DNA of 56,723 bases from Candidatus Babelota bacterium. GTDB lineage: Bacteria > Babelota > Babeliae > Babelales > UASB340. Below are positions 1 to 7,810 of the stretch, piece by piece (the first letter of the stretch is position 1; each line of letters opens with the position of its first letter). A program made the position numbers and the translations under genes. The stretch covers positions 1 through 56,723 of the forward strand of contig JBHPBZ010000002.1 in NCBI GenBank assembly GCA_042576165.1, given 5' to 3'. The notes under the pieces were generated by a model. It searched no databases, was not told the DNA's origin, and saw nothing but the letters and a program-made list of their open reading frames with translations.

Positions 1-61
1 GATTGAAAGAAAAATAAAGGATTTTGGTAAAAATAACTCCGATTATATTAAAAAATATATT

Positions 62-871
62 ATGAATCATTGTTCACATCAAAGGCTAACCAATAATCAA
101 GTGTTTGTGATTTGTATTTTTTTTGAATCTTTATTAGATAAAAGATTAATTGGATATGATGAGCTTTTAATCTTAAAAAAAATTGTACAAAAAAATAAGA
201 ATTTTATAGAAAATAAACTTAAAGACCATTTTTTGTTTTATTTCATGCTACAAATCATAAGCGCCAATAACAAATATTTAAAGATTTGGAATATCGTTTT
301 AAATAACATAAAAAAGCAACAAATAGAGCTCGAGCTAGGGTCATTAAATATTAATTATCGGGATTTACAAATTATCATTAAAATAATTTTATTAAATAAT
401 AATTTAAGAACATTAAATTTAGCTCTTAACCATATAAAAAGGTTGCCTCCAGAGATTGGAAAACTATATAACTTAATACATCTTGACTTAACTCTCAATG
501 ATTTAGAATGCTTACCTTGCGAAATTGAAAACTTATATAAATTAAAACATTTAATTTTAGGCCAGAATAATTTTAAAATAGTACCCTTGTGTATTTGGAA
601 ATTAAATAAATTAGAATTGCTCATTTTAAGCTTTAATAAGTTAAAACATTTATCTAAAAAAATTGGAATTTTTAAAAACCTTAGACTTCTTTCACTCCAA
701 AATAATAAATTAAAAAAATTACCTCTTTCTATGAGACAATTAAAAAACTTAGAGTATATCAATATTAACAATAATAATGACTTGCCTGCAGATTTAAGAG
801 GGTTTTACTGTAACGATAAAGAAAAAATTAAACTCTGGTTGGATGAAAAATTTAAAGAAAATCATGACTAA
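62..871 (+). CDS. leucine-rich repeat (LRR) protein, eukaryote-like
   Basis: 269-aa ORF. The C-terminal two thirds is about six tandem ~23-aa units of the LxxLxLxxNxLxxLPxxIxxLxxL type (LRTLNLALNHIKRLPPEIGKLYNLIHLDLTLNDLECLPCEIENLYKLKHLILGQNNFKIVP...). Confidence 0.85.
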   Translation: MNHCSHQRLTNNQVFVICIFFESLLDKRLIGYDELLILKKIVQKNKNFIENKLKDHFLFYFMLQIISANNKYLKIWNIVLNNIKKQQIELELGSLNINYRDLQIIIKIILLNNNLRTLNLALNHIKRLPPEIGKLYNLIHLDLTLNDLECLPCEIENLYKLKHLILGQNNFKIVPLCIWKLNKLELLILSFNKLKHLSKKIGIFKNLRLLSLQNNKLKKLPLSMRQLKNLEYININNNNDLPADLRGFYCNDKEKIKLWLDEKFKENHD

Positions 872-1237
872 TATTTAAAAAATATGCTATTTTTGTACAA
901 CTTTTTTTTCTTTGTTTAAAATTAACACTAAAACATAATAAATTAAACTGGATTTTATCTTTTTAGATAATTTATTTAATCTCTTCTTCACGATATTGTA
1001 ACCTTTAAGAGTTACTTTTTATGTGTAAAATTGGAGTATAGCTCTTTTTATTTTATTGATCTACACAGAACTTTTGAAAAATGCGTAAGTCCTGAAAAGA
1101 ACTTTTTAGTTATCGAATTGGTACTAAGTAGATTCTTTTAAAAACATACACTTTATTGTGGCTTGTTTTTTTGAGATAAAAATTATAAATTAGAGGTGGA
1201 TTACATAATTCATAGTTCATTTACTTTGAGTAGTTTT

Positions 1238-1945
1238 ATGAAGAAATTGTCGATTATTATTCCATGCTATAATGAAGAAAAAAATATTCCATTTCTCTTA
1301 GAGAGGTTTGGTTTTTTTATAAAGAATTTACCTATAGAAGTTATTTTAGTAGATAATGGTTCTTTTGATGAAAGTGCTAAAGTACTTACAGAGCTTATCC
1401 CGAAATATTCTTTTGCTAGAACGGTAAGAGTTGAAAAAAATCAAGGTTATGGCTTTGGTATTTTATATGGACTAAAATATGCCACAGGAGACTTTATCGG
1501 TTGGATTCATGCTGACATACAAACGGACCCATCTGATGTTGCTAGAGCTTTTGATATTATATGTTCCAATGATTTTGATTCTAATCTTTTTATTAAGGGT
1601 TTACGTAAAAAGCGATCTATTTTTGATACCTTTTTTACATTAGGTATGAGTGTGTTTGAGACTTTTTATCTTAAAGAAAGATTGTGGGATATTAATGCGC
1701 AACCAACTATTTTTCATAAAAGTTTTTTTAGTAAATGGCAAAATCCTCCATCTGATTTTTCACTAGACCTTTATGCTTTGTATATGGCAAAGAAGTGTAA
1801 TCTTAAAATTCGGCGATTTGAGGTTTTGTTTCCTCCGAGAATACATGGAAAATCTAGTTGGAACACTGGTATTGGTGCAAAGTTGAAGCTTATAAATAAA
1901 ACTATATCTTTTAGTGCTGATTTAAAAAAAAGAGCTTCTATATGA
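1238..1945 (+). CDS. family 2 glycosyltransferase (GT-A fold, polyprenyl-phosphate sugar transferase-like)
   Basis: The ORF track starts at GTG 1196. The in-frame ATG at 1238 gives MKKLSIIIPCYNEEKNI...VDNGSFDES...GWIHAD, the usual GT2 N-terminal signature. The stop overlaps the next start (ATGA at 1942). Confidence 0.8.
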   Translation: MKKLSIIIPCYNEEKNIPFLLERFGFFIKNLPIEVILVDNGSFDESAKVLTELIPKYSFARTVRVEKNQGYGFGILYGLKYATGDFIGWIHADIQTDPSDVARAFDIICSNDFDSNLFIKGLRKKRSIFDTFFTLGMSVFETFYLKERLWDINAQPTIFHKSFFSKWQNPPSDFSLDLYALYMAKKCNLKIRRFEVLFPPRIHGKSSWNTGIGAKLKLINKTISFSADLKKRASI

Positions 1946-2544
1946 TTTTTGTTGTGCACAGAATTAATTCAGTTCAAGAACTTAAAAAAATTCCTAAACA
2001 TTTTGGAGTAGAAATTGATTTGCGAGATAAAAATAAAAAACTTATTTTGCAACATGATCCTTTTAAGGATGGAGAGGATTTTGAAGAGTATCTTCAGTCT
2101 TATGGTCATGGCTTACTTATTCTTAATATTAAAAGTGAGCGTATTGAATTTAGGGTTCTTGAATTGCTTAAAAAATACAATATAAAAAATTATTTTTTTC
2201 TTGATTCGTCTTTTCCTATGATTTACACGTTAAGTGAATTGGGTGAAAAAAATATAGCTATTCGGTTTTCTGAATTTGAGGGAATAGATACTATTCTTGC
2301 TATGAAGAGTCGTATTAATTGGGTATGGGTTGATTGTTTTACTCAATTACCACTTAATAAACAAGTTTATAAAGTTTTTAAAGAAAACAGGATAAAAACT
2401 TGCCTTGTTTCTCCAGAATTACAAGGAAGAGATAGCGATATAAAAAAATATAAAAATTATCTATTAAAAGAAGAAATACAGGTTGATATTGTTTGTACAA
2501 AAATCGATAATGTCGATCGATGGGATAGTAGTTTTGTTAGGTGA
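1942..2544 (+). CDS. PLC-like / glycerophosphodiester phosphodiesterase (GDPD)-like protein
   Basis: The N-terminus VVHRINSVQELKKIPKHFGVEIDLRDKNKKLILQHDPF matches the GDPD pattern HR...E...E.D....D..vv.HD. At 200 aa it is short for the family. Confidence 0.5.
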   Translation: MIFVVHRINSVQELKKIPKHFGVEIDLRDKNKKLILQHDPFKDGEDFEEYLQSYGHGLLILNIKSERIEFRVLELLKKYNIKNYFFLDSSFPMIYTLSELGEKNIAIRFSEFEGIDTILAMKSRINWVWVDCFTQLPLNKQVYKVFKENRIKTCLVSPELQGRDSDIKKYKNYLLKEEIQVDIVCTKIDNVDRWDSSFVR

Positions 2545-2547
2545 AAA

Positions 2548-3600
2548 ATGTTAAAAACAATGAATGCAGCTTTTATAACTGGATTAAAAAGTTTAGAAAT
2601 AAAAAACGTTCCTGTTCCTCATGTTGAGCAGGGTACTGTTTTAGTAAAAGTTACTTCTTGTTCTGTATGTGGTTCAGATATACGAATTTTTGATACAGGG
2701 AATAAGCGTGTTGTTTATCCTGCAATTATTGGGCATGAAGTTGCTGGTGAAGTTGTGAAAGTTGGGCAGGGAATAACTCGTTTTCGAGTGGGTGATAAAG
2801 TTGCTCTTGGTGCCGATATTCCTTGCGGTGCTTGTGAATGGTGTTTAAATGGAATGTGTAATTGTTGTGACAAAAATTATGCTTTAGGGCACCAGTTTCC
2901 AGGTGGCTTTGCTCAATATTGTCTTCTTAATCCGCTTGTTGTGCAATTTGGAGCTGTAAGTTTTGTTTCCGAAAAAACTTCAATGGAAGAAGCTGCTCTT
3001 ACTGAGCCATTAGCTTGTTGTGTTAATGGGATGGAGAAAGTAAATTTTACTGGTGGCAAGTCGGTTTTGATATTTGGTGCTGGGCCGATAGGCTTGCTTC
3101 TTGCGCAGTTAGCAAGAGTTTTTGGCTCTACGTTGGTAATTGTTGTTGATATTGATGAAAAGCGTTTGGATCAAGCTCGTTTATTTAAACCTGATTATGT
3201 AATAAATAGTGCAAAAAACAACCTAACAAATATTATAAATAATTTAACAAATGGAAAAGGCGTAGATGTTATATTTACAGCATGCGCAGCGGCTAATGTT
3301 CATGAACTTTCATTAAGTCTTGTTGCGAAAAGAGGAAACATAAATTTATTTGGTGGGCTTCCAATAACCGCTGGTCCAATAAATATTTTCTCAAATCAAA
3401 TTCATTACAAAGAAATATCTGTTACAGGTTCTCACGGTTCAACACCAAAACAATTTGATCTTGCTATGCAGTTGATATCAAGTGGTCGAATTAACGTTTC
3501 ATCTTTAATAACACATCATTTTCCGTTAGTTGATTTAGAAAAAGCATTTGAAACTGTGCGTAATAGAGAGGGTCTTAAGATTGTTGTAAATCCATGGTAA
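2548..3600 (+). CDS. zinc-dependent medium-chain dehydrogenase/reductase (sorbitol/threonine dehydrogenase-like)
   Basis: CGSD, GHEVAGEVVKVG, a structural-Zn Cys cluster (CGACEWCLNGMCNCC) and the Rossmann motif GAGPIGL. Confidence 0.85.
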   Translation: MLKTMNAAFITGLKSLEIKNVPVPHVEQGTVLVKVTSCSVCGSDIRIFDTGNKRVVYPAIIGHEVAGEVVKVGQGITRFRVGDKVALGADIPCGACEWCLNGMCNCCDKNYALGHQFPGGFAQYCLLNPLVVQFGAVSFVSEKTSMEEAALTEPLACCVNGMEKVNFTGGKSVLIFGAGPIGLLLAQLARVFGSTLVIVVDIDEKRLDQARLFKPDYVINSAKNNLTNIINNLTNGKGVDVIFTACAAANVHELSLSLVAKRGNINLFGGLPITAGPINIFSNQIHYKEISVTGSHGSTPKQFDLAMQLISSGRINVSSLITHHFPLVDLEKAFETVRNREGLKIVVNPW

Positions 3601-3609
3601 GGAGAAGCA

Positions 3610-4335
3610 ATGAAAAAGAAAGTGACAAAGATATCAGCATCCGTTATTTGTGCTAATTGGATGAATCTGCAAGATGATTTACAATGTTTAGAACAAGAAG
3701 GAATTGATTACTTACATTATGATATAATGGATGGTTTTTTTTGTCCCGATTATTGTCTAGGTTCTCAACTTATTAATATTATTCGCAAAAATACGGCTAT
3801 TGCTTCAGATTATCACTTGATGGTTGAAGAACCAACTCGTATGTTAAAATATTTTATTCCCAAAAATGGTGATATTTTCACCATTCATTATGAAGCATGC
3901 AAAAATTTGCATCGTGATATTATGCTTATTAAAAAATCAGGATTTAAAGCTTCTGTTGCATTAAATCCCGCAACTCCAATAAGCGTTCTTGAATATGTAA
4001 TTCGAGATTTAGATATTATTCAAGTTATGACTGTTGATCCAGGTTCTGCTGGGCAAAAACTTGTTCCCCAAACGATTCACAAAATTAGCTTACTTGATGC
4101 ATGGAGAAAAAGAGAGAATCTTAAGTTTGAAATTATTTCTGATGGAAATGTGAGTTTAGAAAATGCATTTAAAATGGTTTCTTTAGGTTCTGATATTTTA
4201 GTTGGTGGATCTTCTGGAATGTTCCTCGAGGGACTTTCATTGGATAAAGGTATTAAAAAATTTAAAAATAGCATTGAAAATAAAAAGGTGTATCGTGCAA
4301 GTTACGCTAGGAATCAATACAGGGTTTGCAGTTAA
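3610..4335 (+). CDS. ribulose-phosphate 3-epimerase family protein (Rpe/AlsE-like)
   Basis: ISASVICANWMNLQDD...IDYLHYDIMDGFFCPDYCLG, MTVDPGSAGQKL and ISDGNV parallel the Rpe motifs SiL.aD...H.DvMDG.FVPN, MsVnPGfgGQ.F and vDGG. Confidence 0.8.
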   Translation: MKKKVTKISASVICANWMNLQDDLQCLEQEGIDYLHYDIMDGFFCPDYCLGSQLINIIRKNTAIASDYHLMVEEPTRMLKYFIPKNGDIFTIHYEACKNLHRDIMLIKKSGFKASVALNPATPISVLEYVIRDLDIIQVMTVDPGSAGQKLVPQTIHKISLLDAWRKRENLKFEIISDGNVSLENAFKMVSLGSDILVGGSSGMFLEGLSLDKGIKKFKNSIENKKVYRASYARNQYRVCS

Positions 4336-5203
4336 TCGTTTTCCTATGCCTGAAGAGTGGATTCCTTTAGTTGCAGATAAATTTGGTTTACGAATTGTTC
4401 AACTTACCGCAGATCTTATTAATCCATCATTGCCTGATGCAATAATTGATGATCAGGTATCTAGGTTAAAAAAGTTATGCAAAGAATATGGAGTTGAAAT
4501 TAGACATACTTTTACCGGTGCATTTACTCGTGTCAACCATCTTGCTCATCCTGATCCAGATGTGAGACTTTATTGGTTAAATTGGTTTTATCGATTTGTT
4601 GATATTTCAGCAGAGTTGGGCGCGGAGGATATGGGAAGCCATTTAGCTATTCTAAGTGTTTTTGATAACAATGATTTAGCAAGAAAAAAAGAGCGCTTTG
4701 AACAAATAGTTCAAGGCTGGCAAAAAATAGCATTGTATGCAGCAAAAAAAGGATTAAAATATTTAACTTGGGAGCCTATGTCTATTGCTCGTGAAATGGG
4801 AGAAACTATAAGTGAAACACTGCGTATTCAAAAAGAACTTAATACCAACATTTCTATTCCAATGAAGTTATGTTTAGATGTAGATCATGGTGATGTTTCT
4901 TCATTAGATCACCGGGATACTGATCCGTATAGTTGGCTAAAAGTATTCGCTAAAGAAAGTCCTATTTTACACATCAAACAAGCATCTACAAACAAAGGAG
5001 GCCATTGGCCATTTACTCCAGAATATAATACTCAAGGTAAAATAATTCCTGAGAAATTACTAAGTGTTTTAAAGGATAGCGGAGTAGAAGAAATAACATT
5101 GTTATTAGAGCTAAGTTTTAAAGAGCGTGAGCCATTTGAAAGTAGAGTCATACAAGATATCAAAGCGTCTGTTGATTATTGGAAACCATTTGTAACTTTA
5201 TAA
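4295..5203 (+). CDS. xylose-isomerase-like TIM-barrel protein (sugar phosphate isomerase/epimerase family)
   Basis: The ORF track starts at 4202 inside the preceding gene. The in-frame GTG at 4295 follows AAAAGGTG and gives VQVTLGINTGFAVNRF.... Size and the N-terminal LGINTG.. pattern fit the AP-endonuclease-2/xylose isomerase-like fold. Confidence 0.6.
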   Translation: MQVTLGINTGFAVNRFPMPEEWIPLVADKFGLRIVQLTADLINPSLPDAIIDDQVSRLKKLCKEYGVEIRHTFTGAFTRVNHLAHPDPDVRLYWLNWFYRFVDISAELGAEDMGSHLAILSVFDNNDLARKKERFEQIVQGWQKIALYAAKKGLKYLTWEPMSIAREMGETISETLRIQKELNTNISIPMKLCLDVDHGDVSSLDHRDTDPYSWLKVFAKESPILHIKQASTNKGGHWPFTPEYNTQGKIIPEKLLSVLKDSGVEEITLLLELSFKEREPFESRVIQDIKASVDYWKPFVTL

Positions 5204-5213
5204 AGAGATATAC

Positions 5214-5993
5214 ATGCAAATTATTATTCCTATGTCGGGGCATTCACGGCGGTTTAAAAAAGCTGGGTATAAAGAACCTAAGCCTTTCATAATGATTAAT
5301 GGTAAGCCAATGATACAACACGTTTGTTCGATGTTCTCCCCTAATGATAACTTTGTTTTTGTTTGTAACAAAGAGCATTTAGATGTTGCATCATATAAGC
5401 ATATACTCTCCAATATTGTTAAAAATTTTAAAATTATAGCTATTGATCCTCATGAATATGGTCCAGTACATTCTGTTCTTCAAGCAGAAAATGCTATTGA
5501 TCCTGATCAACCAATTATAATGACTTATTGTGATTTCATGATGCGTTGGAATTATAAACAATTTTGTGCAAGTGTTTCTAAATATGAAGGAGCAATTGCG
5601 GTTTTTAAAGGTTTTCATCCAGCTTCGTTTGGTAATACGTTTTATGCATACTTAAAGGCAAACAAAAAACTTGAGATGGAAGCTTTAAGAGAAAAGCAAT
5701 CTTTTACAGACAATCGAGTTAATGAGTTTGCATCAACAGGCCTTTATTATTTGGCTAATTGGGATTTGTTTAAGCGTTATGCAATTGAACTTCTTGAGAA
5801 AAAAGATAAAGTTGCCGAAGAGTATTATTGTAGTTTGATTTATAACTATTTAGTTCGTGATGGCTTAAAAGTATCTTTATTTGAAGTTCAAAATTTTATT
5901 TGTTGGGGAACTCCAGAAGATCTTGAAGAATATAAATTTTGGTCAAATTATTTTCATCTTCACGCAAATCAAATTATGGAGAAACCGTTATGA
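5214..5993 (+). CDS. sugar-phosphate nucleotidyltransferase (GT-A-like NTP-transferase), paralogue 1
   Basis: MQIIIPMSGHSRRFKKAGYKEPKPFIMINGKPMIQHV is an N-terminal NTP-transferase loop (iPmaG.g.Rf...KP...i.gkpmi). It is paralogous to the next gene, with shared C-terminal F(I)xxGxPxxLExxxxWxNYF. Confidence 0.7.
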   Translation: MQIIIPMSGHSRRFKKAGYKEPKPFIMINGKPMIQHVCSMFSPNDNFVFVCNKEHLDVASYKHILSNIVKNFKIIAIDPHEYGPVHSVLQAENAIDPDQPIIMTYCDFMMRWNYKQFCASVSKYEGAIAVFKGFHPASFGNTFYAYLKANKKLEMEALREKQSFTDNRVNEFASTGLYYLANWDLFKRYAIELLEKKDKVAEEYYCSLIYNYLVRDGLKVSLFEVQNFICWGTPEDLEEYKFWSNYFHLHANQIMEKPL

Positions 5994-6739
5994 TTACGCT
6001 TATTCCTATGGCAGGACTTGGCAATCGTTTTCTTAAAAAAAACTATCCGGTTTCTAAGCCTTTTATACCAATAATGAATGATCCTATGGTTATTACTGCA
6101 TTACGATCTTTTCCGCAATCCGATCGCTATATTTTTGTATGTCTTAAAGAGCATTATGATACTTTAAAGGCCGCAACTAAAGCTCTAAGTGTACCGGTAG
6201 AAATCATTGTTATTGATAAGGTTACACAGGGTCAAGCATGCACCTGTTTACACGCAAAAGAAACTTTTAACAAAGATGACAGCCTTTTTATTGCTTCCTG
6301 CGACTATCAAGTTGTTTACGATAAAAAACGTTACAATAAACTAATGAATGATAATTCTATTGATGTTATTATTTGGACTTTTAAAATAGGGGCAATAAAA
6401 AAAGCAAATCCAAAGGCTTTTGCGTATTGTAAAATAGATAATGGATTTGTTACTCAACTGGTGGAAAAACAGACAATAAGTAATGACCCAAACAAAGACT
6501 CTGCCGTTGTTGGTTCATTTACATATAAAAAAGCTTCTCTTTTTGAACAAAGTGCACAACAAATGATAAAAAAAAATATTAAAGTTAATGGTGAATTTTG
6601 CGTAGGCACTAGTATTAATCAACTTATCGAGCAAGGATATCGCGTAGTTCCTTTTGAAGTTGAACAATTTATTTCTTTTGGTGATCCCTTTGAATTAGAA
6701 CTATTTAATTATTGGCAAAACTATTTTAATAGATTGTAA
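5990..6739 (+). CDS. sugar-phosphate nucleotidyltransferase, paralogue 2
   Basis: The in-frame ATG at 5990 overlaps the previous stop (ATGA) and gives MITLIPMAGLGNRFLKKNYPVSKPFIPIMNDPMV. The track ORF begins earlier, at 5939, inside the previous gene. Confidence 0.7.
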   Translation: MITLIPMAGLGNRFLKKNYPVSKPFIPIMNDPMVITALRSFPQSDRYIFVCLKEHYDTLKAATKALSVPVEIIVIDKVTQGQACTCLHAKETFNKDDSLFIASCDYQVVYDKKRYNKLMNDNSIDVIIWTFKIGAIKKANPKAFAYCKIDNGFVTQLVEKQTISNDPNKDSAVVGSFTYKKASLFEQSAQQMIKKNIKVNGEFCVGTSINQLIEQGYRVVPFEVEQFISFGDPFELELFNYWQNYFNRL

Positions 6740-6743
6740 AAAT

Positions 6744-7787
6744 ATGAAAGCCCTTGTTTTAGAAGATAATAAAAAACTTGTATATAAAAATGTGGCAGAT
6801 CCTATCGTTGGGGATGATGAGTGTTTGATTGTTGTAAAAAGTGCTGGAATTTGTAGTTCTGATTTTCATAGAGCATATAATAATTGGGCATATTTTTATC
6901 CTTTAATTATGGGGCATGAATTTGCTGGTGAAGTTATTAAAACGGGACGCTTGGTAACAAAGTATAGTTTGGGTGATAGGGTTGTAATCTTTCCTCTACT
7001 TCCTTGTAATAAATGTGAATTTTGTTTAAGCAAACAGCATGCGCAGTGTATTTCTTATAATTATTATGGATCAAGAAGAGATGGTGGTTTTGCTGAATAT
7101 GTATCAGTTAAAGAATGGAATCTTTTAAAACTACCAAAAGAAATTAGTTTCCAAAGAGCTGCCGTTATAGAACCAATTGCCGTCGCTATTCATGCAATAT
7201 CTAGAGCCAAAATAAAACCAGAAGAAAAGATAGCAATATTAGGTACAGGCTTTATAGGATTGGTTACAGCATTTCTGCTTTCTAAAAAAGTAGATCCTAA
7301 ATTAATATATATGATTGATCAAGATAAAAATAAACTTGAATTTGCAGCAAAATATGGCTTTAAAACAATTTGCACCAAAGACAATGAATTCTGGGAAGAA
7401 TCCATTGTTAAAGCTGGAGGCATGCATACTGTTTTTGAAATGTGTGGAGTTGTCCAAACATTTAAGCATTCGCTTATTATTGCAAAAAGTCATGGTCAAA
7501 TTATTTGGGTTGGTAATATAACAAGTGATATTATGTTTGAAAAAAAATTAATAAGTAGCATTTTACGTAAAGAATTAAGCATAAAAGGTTCATGGAATTC
7601 GTTATTTGTGCATAATAATAATGATGATTGGCATAAAGCGATTTGCTATGCAAAACAAGCAAGTGAGTTAGAAGAAATGATTACTCATGTTATTTCACTT
7701 GAGCAAGGCGTAATTTTTTTTGAATCACGCATGTTGCACCCTAAAAAAGAGAATAATCTTTATATAAAATCAGTATTTAAAATGTAA
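6744..7787 (+). CDS. zinc-dependent medium-chain dehydrogenase/reductase, second copy
   Basis: CSSD, GHEFAGEVIKTG, a Cys cluster (CNKCEFCLSKQHAQC) and GTGFIGL. Confidence 0.85.
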   Translation: MKALVLEDNKKLVYKNVADPIVGDDECLIVVKSAGICSSDFHRAYNNWAYFYPLIMGHEFAGEVIKTGRLVTKYSLGDRVVIFPLLPCNKCEFCLSKQHAQCISYNYYGSRRDGGFAEYVSVKEWNLLKLPKEISFQRAAVIEPIAVAIHAISRAKIKPEEKIAILGTGFIGLVTAFLLSKKVDPKLIYMIDQDKNKLEFAAKYGFKTICTKDNEFWEESIVKAGGMHTVFEMCGVVQTFKHSLIIAKSHGQIIWVGNITSDIMFEKKLISSILRKELSIKGSWNSLFVHNNNDDWHKAICYAKQASELEEMITHVISLEQGVIFFESRMLHPKKENNLYIKSVFKM

Positions 7788-7810
7788 TAAGAAAAAGGCA
7801 ATAGATAAAT

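Noticed and set aside
355-771. 138-aa minus-strand ORF inside the LRR gene
   Set aside because: It is an antisense shadow of the periodic LRR coding sequence.
4202-4294. N-terminal extension of the TIM-barrel gene deep into the Rpe-like gene
   Set aside because: The extension (MVDLLECSSRDFHW...) overlaps the conserved C-terminus of the epimerase by 134 nt. A GTG at 4295 with an AGGTG RBS gives a normal N-terminus, and a 41-nt overlap remains.
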